The translations under genes were made by a program, and so were the position numbers. A stretch of DNA of 64,000 nucleotides. Origin: Malacoraja senta (Eukaryota). How positions within the stretch are numbered: the first letter of the stretch is position 1; every line of letters begins with the position of its first letter. Positions 50,271 through 62,562 of the stretch are shown here, one piece after another. Below the pieces are notes generated by a model. That model made no database searches and was not told the DNA's origin. It saw nothing but the letters and a program-made list of their open reading frames with translations. The DNA lies in the NCBI GenBank assembly GCA_038087875.1, contig CM075989.1, positions 4,278,001 through 4,342,000 on the forward strand, written 5' to 3'.

Positions 50271-50527
50271 TAGACATGAACAATTTGTATGTGAGTTTAG
50301 GTGGCCGGTTAGTAGGTTTGCAGATGACATTAAAATGAGTGGCAGCTTGGACAGTGGAGGAGGTTGTCCTTGATTGCAACTGGATCGTGATCAAATGGGC
50401 CAATGGGCCGAGGAATGGCAAATGGAGTTTAACTCAAATAAATGTGTTACACATTGGCAGGAATACTGGGAATATGAGAGGCATGTAGCAATCTAACGGT
50501 CTTTCAACGATGCTTTCTAGATTACAG

Positions 50528-50958
50528 TCTAATATCAGCAAAAAAAAGTATACTTAAATTCTAGAAAAAGACTGCAGTCCCTCCAGTGAAGATGTGGATT
50601 ACAGAAATGACGGACACATTACATCTAGAGAGAATTAGATTTGTCTTGAATGATAAACCCGAACAATTTTTTAAAATATGGTCTCCTTTTATTGAATTTC
50701 TTGAGCAACACAATAGTTGAACACAAATTCGAAACTGATCGTAGGGCTGGGTGAGCGGGCGTATGAGTGGGTCAACGGATATATCTCCTCTCTTTTCTTC
50801 TTTCTTTCTTTTCTCTCTCTCTTCTCTTTCTTCGCTTTTTAATGTTCTGTTTGTAAAATGTTTAAAATCGAAGCTGCTCACAAAGTTGTAACATTGTCAG
50901 GTTTTTTGTACAATTGCTTCCAATAAAATAAATATTAAAAAATATATTTGAAAAAAAC
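50528..50958 (+). mobile_element. L1-clade LINE 3' end
   Basis: KKSILKF.KK...PPVKMWITEM...LHLERIRF...FFKIWSPFI motif; pyrimidine-rich UTR; AATAAA and A-rich tail. Confidence 0.75.
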
Positions 50959-51587
50959 AGGGTTATGGGTATACACGACATTGGCAAGGTTACATTTCGA
51001 GTAATATGTTGGGGTGGAAGATTGCAACCTTCACGTGGTCCGTCCTGTTTCGACAAATGCAATCAACCCAGTGTGCACAATCAAATAAGATCAAATAGAA
51101 CAAGTTGTCCTCCAACTAGGCTGTGCACGCCATACACAAGAAGAAGTTTAGGAAGGAACTGCAGATGCTGGTTTAAACCGACGATTTACAGTGGCAACCA
51201 AACCTCAGATTAGAATGGGTCAGTTGATTGTCATATACATAAGGGTGCATTAAATTGCTTGTTTGCATGAATAAACAGCGTAATATTGATAAATATAATA
51301 ACATGATATTGATAAATATAATAATAAATATGGGTGCAAATAGAAGATTGGTACAAAATTGTAGAACAATCTGAAGTAGTGCAAAAATACACTGAAATGG
51401 AACCACAGAATAACCAAATGAGGTAGAGTTAAAAGTTAGAGTTTGTGGTAACATTTCTGGAAAATGGGTGTGAAAGAGGAAATTTGTTTAGGAGATAGAC
51501 ACAAAAAGCTGGAGTAACTCAGCGGGACAGGCAGCTATTGTGTCTATCTTTGGGTTAAACCAGTATCTGCAGTTCCTTCCTACATAA

Positions 51588-51952
51588 TGTGTTCAGGAGC
51601 TGGATAGCCATGGGAAAGAAGCTGTTCTTAAGCCTTTACAAGCTCCTGTATCTTCTCCCCGAAGGTAGAAGAGATAAAAAGGAGTGGCCAGGGTGGCAGG
51701 CATCTTTGACGATACTTCCAGCCTTCCTGATCCAACGTGCCATGAAGATGGATTGGATGGAGGGAAGTGAGGAGCCTGTGATGGACTGGGCTGAATTCAC
51801 CACTCTCTGCAGGTTCAGGCAGTCAAGAGCAGAGCAGTTTGCGTACCTGGCTGAGATGCCTCCCATCACAATACTTTCTAAAGCGCATCGGTAGAAATTC
51901 ATGATAATCCTTGTGGATATGTCAAATCTTCTCAAATGCCTAAGAAAGTAAA
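51588..51952 (-). mobile_element. Rex1/Babar-like LINE fragment
   Basis: NFYRCALESI...LQRVVNSAQSITGSSLP...HPGHSFLSLLPSGRRYRSL. Confidence 0.8.
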
Positions 51953-51954
51953 TA

Positions 51955-52228
51955 TGTGTAGGAGGGATCTGCAGATGCTGGTTTACATCAAAGAAAGACT
52001 CAAAATGTTGGAGTAACTCAGCAGGTCAGGCAGCATCTCTGGAATAGGTGATGTTTCGGGTCGACACCCTTCTTCAGACTGAGAAAGCAAATATATTGTT
52101 AAAGAAGGAACTGCAGATGCTGGAAAATCGAAGGTACACAAAAATGCTGGAGAAACTCAGCGGGTGCAGCAGCATCTATGGAGCGAAGGAAATAGGTAAC
52201 GTTTCGGGCCGAAACCCTTCTTCAGACA
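51955..52228 (-). mobile_element. Two tandem pLTRs (old subfamily, then young subfamily)
   Basis: 52098-52191 is identical to 24025-24118. Confidence 0.85.
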
Positions 52229-52351
52229 TAATATAATTGATGAGCTTTCTTGATCTCTGCATGAAGGGACCAGGTTAGGTTGGTGGGGATATGGATGGCG
52301 AGGAGTTTGAAGCAATTGAGCATCTCTGCAGAAGCTGCTTTGATGAGGACA

Positions 52352-53450
52352 GTTTAGTTTAGTTTTACATTTAGTGTAGAGACACAGCACAGAAACAGGT
52401 CCTTCGGCCCATCGAGTCTGTGCCAACCAGCAACAAGCGACCGAACCCCCACACTAACACTATCCCACAAACACTAGGGACAATTTACAAGTTTACCAAG
52501 TCAATTAGCCTACATACCTGTACATCTTTGGAGTGTGAGGGGAAACCGGAGCACCCGGTGAAAACCCATGCAGGTCACGGGGAGAATGTACAAACTCCGT
52601 ACAGATGGCACCCGTAGACAGGATCGATCTCGGGTCTGTAATGGGCCTGTCCCACTTAGGTGATTTTTCAGGCAACTGCCGGTGACTGTCAAGTTGCCGG
52701 CAGTCGCCTGAAAAAATGGCAACTGGAACGGCGACTGTCAGAGTGGAACACACACACACACATCACTTACTTCACCAGACCGTTATGCAGTTGGGGGACA
52801 GGGCAAGCGGGGGGAGCGCTGTCTGAGTGAAATTCACACGGTGCAAAGCCAAGGTGATACAGACACACACCGCGATGAACAGGAAGGTTGGCGCTGTAAT
52901 TAAGACGGCTAAAGTAAGTTCTTTAAAAGAGGTGGGGAGACGAGGGGTGGGAGAGGGGGGAGAAGGAGTGGAGACAACTTTTTAAGAAGCCAGAGATACA
53001 CGGCTGTGAAGCTCGGCCGACATTCAACATTATCCTTGGTTATCCTTGGTTCTGAAAACTACTGCTTACGTTTTTTTTCCCCAATGAGCCAATGAAATTC
53101 ACCGGTCAGCACCGGCTACAACATATGAGAACCTACGAGAACCTTCGACCTCTTGGCAACCCACTAGGATCTCCTGGCGACCCACCTACGGAACGAGAAT
53201 TCTCGGTACTCTCCATGGCGGCTTCATTCTGGTCGCCGCTAATTTTTCAACATGTTGAAAAATTCGCGGCGACCATAATGAGGCCACGACTAGTTCCCAG
53301 AAAGCGGGAGTCGGGACCATGAAGGCGACTCCCCGGTAACCACCCGCGAACATGTGGCGACCATGTGGCGACTGCGTAGTCTCCTGCAGTCGCCTAAAAA
53401 ATCGCCTAAGTGGGACAGGCCCATAAGGCAGCAACTCTATCGCTGTGACA
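52352..53450 (-). mobile_element. V-SINE interrupted by a MITE
   Basis: SINE ctgtaa|ggcagcaactc split by the insertion. Confidence 0.8.
52642..53423. mobile_element. PIF/Harbinger-like non-autonomous element, TAA TSD
   Basis: TAA-tgggcctgtcccacttagg...cctaagtgggacaggccca-TAA. Confidence 0.85.
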
Positions 53451-53590
53451 CTTCTCCCCACCCACACTCACACCTCTGTAGGTCAACGATTAACTCTTTA
53501 GCTTGCTGATGTTGAGGGCTAGTTTGTGGTTCTGCCAGAGCTTACATCTCTGGATCTTCAACACAAAGCTCTGGCTAACTTACCCAGTTA

Positions 53591-53891
53591 AGGACCTGTC
53601 CCACTTACACGACATTTACAGGCTACTGCCGGCATCCGGCGACCAGAAAGACGCTACGACTCTTTGGAGACGGTCGTGAGAGGTCTCCTATATTCGTGAG
53701 AGGTTACCCGCGACATGTTGCCTGTATCGTTGTGAGAGGTCTCCTATGGTCGTGAGAGGTCTCCAAAGGGTCTCCAAAGGGTCGTAACGTCTTTCTGCTC
53801 GCCGCTGAATTTTCAACATGTTGAAAATTTCGGCGACCTATCACGGGTGCCGGCAGTCGCCTGTAAAGGTCGCGAAAGTGGGACAGGCCCT
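53591..53891. mobile_element. Related Harbinger-like MITE
   Basis: aggacctgtcccactt...aagtgggacaggccct with ttaa context at both ends; internal gtcgtgagagg repeats. Confidence 0.8.
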
Positions 53892-54708
53892 TAAGTTTAC
53901 TACCAATCGCAAGGAACCACACTGGTTAAACCACACTGAAAGTAAAAAGGACGAGATGAAAGTGTTTTGTGGCATAGCAATGTAGGAACTTTGAAGAGTC
54001 TGGATATTAGAGAATCTGCATGTTAATAAAATTGCAGCAGATAGCCCTAACATTATCTGTTAGTTTGAGCAGTAGATGGAACAGAGAAAAGACAAGCAGT
54101 AAAATAATACATTTTGTAGACTGTAAGCCAGTTTTCTTCTGTGTAATCTGTCTCTGTGTAATGTAAATCTTTACATTTTTAATATTAAACAGAAAAGGCC
54201 CTCACATAAAGGAGAAATGATTGGGAATTGATTCCCGCTGCTTTACACGTTAGAGTTCTTTGGATGACTGGGAACGATGTTAATGTTGGTTGTCTCTTCC
54301 TTTAAGTATTGCAGCTGAGGGCTCTTGAGGAGATACCTGATTAGTGCCTATTCTGCTTGATGCTGAGCTTAAAGAAGAGACAAGCAGGAATGATGACAGG
54401 ATAAGTGGCAAGAGGAGGCGATTTACTGAAAATTGCGCTACACATGTGGCACTCCTGTCATGTGTTTATTCGCAACGGGTTGTTTTTCTAAGCCCAGAAG
54501 TTCCTGAATTGATGAGTGATGAGGAGGACTCACTGACAATTAGATCGCTGCAATGTCTGGAGTGCTGGTGATACAGCAGCCCTTTCCCATCATGTGGATT
54601 GGTGGAAGAGGGTTGGGTGACGCACTGCAGGAAGGATACACAGACCTTGGAACAAATTTTGTTTGTATTCATCATTCGATGAGGAAGGGAGGTGAGTTAC
54701 AATTAAGG

Positions 54709-55020
54709 GGCGGCACGGTGGCACAGCGGTAGAGTTGCTGCCTTACAGCTCCAGAGACCTGGGTTCGATCCTGACTATGGGTGCTGTCTGTATGGAGTTT
54801 GTACGTTCTGCCCTTGACCTATGTGGGTTTTCTCCGGGTGCTCTGATTTCCTCCCACAATCCAAGGACGGACAGGTTTGTAGGTAATTGGCTTCAGTAAA
54901 ATTGTAAATTGTCTCTAATGTACAGTTAGATACAATGTACCTAGGAAAGCATGAGCATACAGAGTGATCGCTGGTCAACATAGAATCTGTGGGCAAAAGA
55001 GCTTGTTTCTGCATTGTATG
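54709..55020 (+). mobile_element. V-SINE (HE1-like)
   Basis: ggcggcacggtggcacagcgg (A box), ggttcgatcc (B box). Confidence 0.88.
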
Positions 55021-55021
55021 T

Positions 55022-55498
55022 CTCCCAGTGCGGTACAGAATCAATTTCAAGCTCCTCCTATATGTATACAAAACCCTTAACGGGCTTGCCACCACCTACA
55101 TCAAAAATCTGCCAACCCACCACTCTACCTCCAGGTCCCTCAAGGTCGGCCGACTTGGGGCTACTGAATATCCCGCGGTCCAGGTTTAAGCTCAGGGTCG
55201 ACCGCGCTTTTGTGGTTGCAGCACCTAGACTGTGGAACAGCATCCCTCTTCTCATCAGAACTGCCCCCTCCGTCGACTCCTTTAAATCTAGACTTAAAAC
55301 CTATTTCTACACACAAGCGTTTCTTGAGGTCCTCTGAGGGAGCGCTGTATGTATGTATTTATGTATGTATTGTTAGATCTATGTACCACTGTATGTAGCA
55401 TGTTAGTACCTGCACTGATGTAAAGCACTTTGGTCAACGAGAGTTGTTTTTAAATGTGCTATAGAAATAAAATTGACATGACTTGACTTGACTTGACT
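55022..55498 (+). mobile_element. L2-clade LINE 3' end
   Basis: LPVRYRINFKLLLYVYK...RAFVVAAPRLWNSIP...FKSRLKTY; AATAAA and (gactt)n tail. Confidence 0.88.
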
Positions 55499-55597
55499 AA
55501 AGTCCAAAGTCTAAAGATGGGCCAAATTTAGATTATATTCTTTCAAATGAACAAAGACCATAGAACATTGAACAGTACAGCACCAGAACAGTCCTTC

Positions 55598-55632
55598 AGT
55601 CTGAAGAAGGGTCTTGACCCGAAACGTCACCC
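55598..55632 (+). ncRNA. Hammerhead motif in pLTR
   Basis: agtctgaagaagggtcttgacccgaaacgtcacc. Confidence 0.72.
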
Positions 55633-56921
55633 ATTCCTTCTCTCCAGAGATGCTGCCTGTACCGCTGAATTACTCCAGCATTTTGTGTCTACTTTCAGCC
55701 CATAATGCCTGTGCTGAACAGGATGCCAAGACCAACTCTTATCTGCCTTCACATAATCAATATCCATCCATGCCCTGCATGCCATATGCCTATCCAAAAC
55801 TCTCTTAAATGCCACTAACACATCTGCTTCAACCACCATATCCCGTCAGCATGTTTCAGACACTCATCATTTTCTGTTTTTAAAAAAATGACCGAACAAT
55901 TTCTGAAGTGCCACTATCATATCTGCCTCCACCCACCGCTCTCTGTGTAATAAAACTTGTCCCGCACATTTCCTTCAAACATTGTCTCTCTCATCTTAAA
56001 TCTATGCGCGTTAGTATTTGATTTTTCCATCCTGGGAAAAAGGTTCTGATTGTCTACCCTCTCTATAATCTCTTGTAATCCTGCTAGATTAGGGGCATGA
56101 AGGGCGTCCATCCCGCGGCGGCCGATCTGATCCCTGTCACTGGCTGACCATCCACTGCATCATTGGTAATGGCTGGGCCCAATTACCTGACATTAGTTTG
56201 GCCATCTGCACCTTGAGCCCCAATGACAAGGGACAACGCTGTCTTGACCAGCAACGTCACCCGTTCCTTCTCTCCAGAGATGCTGCCTGAGTTACTCCAG
56301 CATTTTGTGTCTATCTTCGGTTTAAGCCAGCATCTGCAGTTCCTTCCTACACAAAATAACCTGGTGCATATCCTTCTCAGAGGGTGAGGAGGTCATGTTT
56401 TGTGATTCCCACTACTGCTCACAGCTAATTCACTTGGGATGACCAAATACAGAGGTATGAAGAATGGTCCCGAACTATAATATTGACTTTCCATGTCTTC
56501 CGGAGATGCTGCCTGATCCGTTGAGTTACCCCAGTACAGTGTGTTCTACTCAAGATTCTAGTATCTGCAGTTCTTCGTGCCTACAAATACTGAGGTTCAG
56601 TGCCGCATGGTGGTGCAGGCAATCCCACCTATGGTGGTTGTGGTCACTGCCGCTCCCACTGTCGTGCCCGACACCATGGGGGGGATTAGCCATCAGGGGG
56701 AGGTTCGGCAAAATTGGATTGTCCTCTCTGGAATGCCGGAGGCTGGGGAGAGATGTGATTGAGTGCACAAAATAATGAGAGACGTAGCAAGAAACTGCCG
56801 ACGCTGGAATCTTGAGGAATCCAGTGGGTCAGGCAGCATCCGGAGAGGGAATAGACAGGCAATGTTTCCGTTTGTTACCCTTCTTCATACTGAAGTGTCC
56901 TGAAATATTGCCTGTCCATGT

Positions 56922-57212
56922 GGGCGGCACGTTGGCGCAGCGCTAGAGTTGCTGCCTTACAGCGCCAGAGATCCGGGTTCGATCCTGACTTTGGGTACTG
57001 TCTGTACGGAGTTTGTACGTTCTCCCTGTGAACTGCACACAATTTCTCTGGGAGCTCTGGTTTCCTCCCACACTCCAAAGAAGTACAGGTTTGTAGGCTA
57101 ATTGACTTGGTTAAATTGTGTTTGCAGGATAGTATTAGCGTGCGGGGATCGCTGGTCGGCACGGACCTGAGAGGCCGAAGGGCCTGTTTCCGCATTGTAT
57201 CTCTGAACTAAA
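56922..57212 (+). mobile_element. V-SINE (HE1-like)
   Basis: Head, core and tail present. Confidence 0.88.
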
Positions 57213-58584
57213 CATTCCCTCCCCAGATGCTGCCTGACCCTCTGAGTTTCTCCAACGCTTTGTTTTTCGCACAATATGGGTGAGTAGTTACTCCAGCATT
57301 TTGTGGCCCCCTTCTGTTCCTCAAAGAAATTTGAAAAAGGTTCTTCCTCATACGCTCCTTGAACCTTTTGGTTTAAATTTTTAATTTGCAGCTCCTGATC
57401 TTTGAATGGTTTTCTATTCCCTTTGGCCATGGGGTGGAAGCCAAGACTATCCTGACAGATAATCTCTGTTGGACAGTCTCAGTCTAACGCTAATGACATC
57501 GATCCTCAGCATAAAACCGTTCTTGCAGCTCATGATTCACAGCTGGCACAGCAGTCCACAGTACATTTGCTCGGATACTGGTGAATACAAATAAACTCTC
57601 GACAGACGAGGATTGAGAGAACGGCTCTACTCCAACTGTTTAGGGAGGAATGACCAACATTTATTTCCTTGCAGAACACAATAATCTTCTGCATAACGAA
57701 TGGCAAGAATTCTTCATTAGTAGGGGTGTCAGGGGTTATGGAGAGAAGGCAGGAGAATGGGGTCGAGAGGGACAGATAGATCAACCATCATTGAATTGAG
57801 TAGACTTGATGGGCCGAATGGCCTAATTCTGCTCCTAAAACGTGCGAACTTGTGAAGTGGTCAACTCTCACCTCACCTCAATCAATATGGATACTTGTGA
57901 ATAAACAAAACACCTAATGATCAGCTGAAGCGCAGGCAAGTTTAAAAATCTAATCGATGTTCATTTGCAATATTTCCTCACATTGTGCCTCAAAAAGGCA
58001 GCCGGTTTCATCAAAGACCAACATGCTTTAATTTCACTCCGACCACCGGGAAGAAAGTACAGAAGTCTGAAAACTATGATCACCAGTTTCAACAACAGCT
58101 TCTTCCCAACAACCATCAGGCTCTTGAACACTACACAACACTAACCTCATCTGTAAACTATGGACTGTCTTTGTTTGTATTTCAGATTCTTTTGCACTTA
58201 TGGACAATAGACAATCGGCGCAGGAGTAGGCCATTCGGCCCTCCGAGCCAGCACCGCCATTCAATGTGATAATGGCTGATCATTGTATTGGGATTATTAA
58301 TTCAGTGAATTTTTTTAAATATATTCTCTGTGTGTATTTTGTTTACGGGCCTGTTATGATGCTGAGAATTTCATTGTTCCATTGTTCCATTTGACACAAT
58401 TAAACAATATGAACTCTCTTGACATTATTATTGAGAGGCCACACTTAAGTGCAGGGTGACTGATTTTGGCATAGAGGGAGGGCAGTAATCATACAGCCAC
58501 AGAGAGATACTGCATGCAATCAGGCCCTTCGGTTCACCAAGTCTGTGGCAAACAACCAGCATCCCTTATTTCACTATTCTTTAA

Positions 58585-58880
58585 ACTTTAGAGATATAGT
58601 GCAGAAACCGGCCCTTTGACCCACTGAGTCCGCGCCAACCAGTGATCACCCCGAACACAAACACTTTCCTACACACTGGGAACAATTAACTATTTTTTTT
58701 ACCGAAGCCAATTAACCTACAAACCTTTGAAGCGTGGGTGGAAACCGGAGCATCCGGGGAAATTCCACGTTGTCAAAGGGAGAACGTACACACTGCGTAC
58801 AGACAGCACCCACTAGTCAGGGTCGAACCCGTGTCTCTGGGGCTATGTCAGCAACTCTATCACTGCACCACTGTGCAGCC
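58585..58880 (-). mobile_element. V-SINE (HE1-like)
   Basis: Reverse complement of the family sequence. Confidence 0.82.
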
Positions 58881-59801
58881 CACACATGATAAATGGATCC
58901 AGATAAGGAGGCGTTGATTCGCAGAGGAGTCCTTACCACATGCAGGCTTTTAGGTTATTTGACCTCTGTAACAAAACTTCCCATTTATGCATAGGGAGTG
59001 GAATAACATTGAATGAATGTGAACGGGTGATCTAGGGCCGGCATGGACATGGCAGGCCAAAGGGCCTGTTTCCATGCCGTATCTCTCAACTAAACTAAAC
59101 TAAATGAAATACTGAGGAGTAGAGAATGGATGCATTTTATTTTATTTTATTTTATTACCAAAATGGGAATGTTAATGAACAAACTTTGACAATAGATTTT
59201 GACGCTAGACCTGATTTAATGAGAAGCCATGGACATTTTCAATCACATATCAAAGTTGTCGTGTTTACATTGAAAAAGCAATGGTGTGATAATTCAGGGT
59301 TGATATCCTGCTCTCAGCCAACATTGCTGCCTGGCATTGCAGGCAGATTGTTCCCACCAGAGATAGACACAAAGTGCTGGAGTAACTCAGTGGGTGAGGC
59401 TGCATCTCTGGAGAACATGGATGGGTGATGTTTCAGGTTGGGACCCTTCTTATTTCCACCAGATTGCTTCCACCTCGGGTTTCAAATTTATTTCAATCCT
59501 GACTCGTTTTGTAGGTCTTCCTTCCGTGTATCTGCAGACAAGAATATTAGGTTGAGTTTGGCTGACAGTGTGCTATGAAGCATAATTTATCAATTTATCA
59601 AGGAAATAGACAAATGATGTATTGGGTCAGGTCCCTTCTTCAGACTGATGGAATAGGGGGGAGAAAGCTAGAAAAGAGGAGAGAGGCCCAGGCCAAGCTG
59701 GAAACAGGACTGGGAGAGAGGTTTATTGGCAGAGCAAGTAAGAAGGTGATATTCAGTCAAACATCCAGGCAAACTCTGCACTCAGCAGAATGTTCCTATC
59801 C

Positions 59802-60190
59802 TACAGTAATCTTCAGGAAGTACCGGTCTATCAACGATTTTTCCGTACCCTTGGTTCCAGAGCATTTCTGAATTTATCCATTTTGCCACCCCAACAGAGG
59901 TCGTGGACTCCGAGAGGAGTTGAACGGTACCGGAGCGGTCCGCCTAGGTGCCAAGGGGCCGAAGCCTCGGAAGTCGGCTGTGGGAACGGATCCGCCGACT
60001 CTGGCCTGGCCGGAGTTCCGGAACCTCGGCCGCAGGTTCAGCCGCCTCACCTGGCCTGTGCACCACATTTTCAGGGGGACTTCCGGGGTGGGGGGGGAGG
60101 GGGGAGTGTTCAATTGTGCTCTCGTAATTTTCTCCGGATTAAAGGAGGTGCCGGGCAAAACCAGTGGTTGGAAAATCAGACGTGGACGTA
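59802..60190. mobile_element. Possible degenerate pogo/Tigger-like MITE
   Basis: TA-CAGTA start, TA end, CpG-rich interior; TIRs match poorly. Confidence 0.3.
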
Positions 60191-60574
60191 TACTTCATTT
60201 GTACGGAAGCATTTCAGGAAAACCATAATTTAAAAGTTGCTTTCGAAATGGAAGATTTGTTTTTGTGGTAGCGAAAATTGGTCTTCCTTCTATCGGCCCC
60301 CTTTGCCAAAGAGAACTGCTCACTCCAACACTAAACTAAAGCACAATGCCGTCATTAGAATTGGAACTGCGTTTTACCACAACCATCAGGCTCTTGAACA
60401 CTACACAACACTAACCTCATCTATATGATCTATGGAACCTCTTGAGTTGAACTAAAGACTTCATGCTTTTTTACACTGGTATTGGAGTTATTGATTTATT
60501 GAATATTTGTGTATTATATGTGTGCATTGTGGTTACAGGCCTGTTATGCTGCTACAACTAAGAAATTCACAGTT

Positions 60575-60956
60575 CAATAGACAATAGACAATAGGTGCAG
60601 GAGTAGGTCATTCGGCCCTTCGGGCCAGCACCGCCATTCAATGTGATCATGGCTGATCATCCCCAATCAGTACCCCGTTCCTACCTTCTCCCCATATCCC
60701 CTGACTCCGCTATTTTTAAGAGCCCTATCTAGCTCTCTCTTGAAAGCATCCAGAGAACCCGCCTCCACCGCCCTCTGAGGCAGAGAATTCCACAGACTCA
60801 CAACTCTCTGTGAGAAAAAGTGTTTCCTCGTCTCCGTTCTAAATGGCTTACTCCTTATTCTTAAACTGTGGCCCCTGGTTCTGGACTCCCCCAACATTGG
60901 GAACATGTTTCCTGCCTCTAGCTTGTCCAAGCCCTTGACAATCTTATATGTTTCAA
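60575..60956 (-). mobile_element. Young CR1 3' end
   Basis: Near-identical to 15388-15740 in reverse. Confidence 0.92.
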
Positions 60957-61059
60957 TTCAGTTGTTGGTACACATGAGAATGAGACACTCTTGACTCTCG
61001 ACCTGAATAAAATTGGTCAGAGAACCAGCATCAAGAGTGAGGGATTGGTTAGATTTCAG

Positions 61060-62562
61060 CTGGATAGTTAGCGATCTTGTTGTGCAAGGCCCCTTGGGCA
61101 ACAGTGACCATAAAATGGTGGAATTCTGCATTAGGATGGAGAGTGACACGGTTAATTCAGAGACTACGGTCCTGAACTTGAATAAAGGAGACTTTGAAGG
61201 TACGAGATGGGAATTGGCTAGGATAGACTGGCAGATTATACTTAAAGGGTCGACAGTGGAGATGCAATGGCGAAGATTTCAAGATCGCATGGATGAACTC
61301 CAGAAATTGTTCATCCCTGTCTGGTGAAAACATAAAACTGGGAAGGCAGCTCAACCATGGCTGATGAGAGAAATCAAGGATAGTGTTAAATCCAAGTAAG
61401 CGGCATGTAAGTTGGCTAGAAGAAGCGGCAAAACTGGGAGAAATTTAGAACTCAACAGAGGAAGACAAATGGGTTAATTAAGAGGGGGGAAAAAAGAGCA
61501 TGAAAGAAAGCTTGAGGGGAATAATAAAAACTGGATGTAAAAGTTTCTTTAGATATGTAAAAAGGAAAAGATTATTGAAGACAAATGAACGTCCTTTACA
61601 ATCAGAGACGGGTGAATTTATAATGGGAAACAAGGAAATGGCAGAACAGTTAAACAAGTACTTTGGTTCTGTCATCACTAAGGAAGACACAAACAATCTC
61701 CCGGAAATACTAGGGGACCGAGGATCTAGTGGGAGGGAGGAACTGAAGGGAATCCACATTAGTCAGAAAATGGTGTTAGGTGAACTGTTGGGACTGAAGG
61801 CAGATAAATCCCCAGGGCCTGATGGTCTGCATCCCAGAGTACTCAAGGAGGTGCCCCAGAAATCGTGGATGCATTAGTGATCATTTTCCAATATTCTCTC
61901 GACCCTGTATCAGTTCCTGTGGACTGGAGGGTAGTCAATTTAAATCCACTTTTTAAGAAAGGAGGGAGAGAGAAAACAGGGAATTACAGTTTAGACCAGT
62001 TAGCCTTTTATCAGTAGTGGGTAAGATGCTGGAGTCGATTATTAAAGATGTTATAGCAGCGCATTTGGAAAGCAGTGACGGGATCGGTCAAAGTCAGCAT
62101 GGATTTATGAAGGGGAAATCATGCTTGACTAATCTTCTGGAAGTTTTGAGGATGTAACAAGTAGAATGGATAAGGGAGAGCCAGTGGATGTGGTGTATCT
62201 GGAATCTCAAAAATCTTTGACAAGGTCCCACACAAGAGATTAGTATGCAAAATTAGAGCACATGGTATTTGGGGTTAGGGTATTGACATGGATTGGCAGA
62301 TAGGAAGCAAAGAGAAGGAATTAACGGGTCCTTTTCAGAATGGCAGGTACTGACTAGTGGGGTGCCGCAAGGCTCGGTACTGAGACCCCAGTTGCTTACA
62401 ATATATATTAACGATTTAGATGAGGGAATTAAATGTAACATCTATAAGTTTGCAGATGACACAAAGCTGGGTGGCAGTGTGAGCTGCGAGGAGGATGCTA
62501 TGAGGCTGCAGGGTGACTTGGATAGGTTGGGTGAGTGGGCTGAAGCATGGCCAATGCAGTAT
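61060..62562 (+). mobile_element. CR1 LINE ORF2 pseudogene (endonuclease end to RT), cut by a DIRS insertion
   Basis: LGNSDH, KSPGPDGLHPRVLKE, SGVPQGSV, KFADDTK; stops and frameshifts. Confidence 0.93.

Noticed and set aside
53655..53790. gtcgtgagaggtctcc repeats as an independent regulatory array
   Set aside because: They lie inside the MITE at 53591-53891.
54709..54775. tRNA genes at SINE heads (also 34868, 45655, 49975, 56922)
   Set aside because: A/B boxes run into the SINE core and tail, with no complete cloverleaf.
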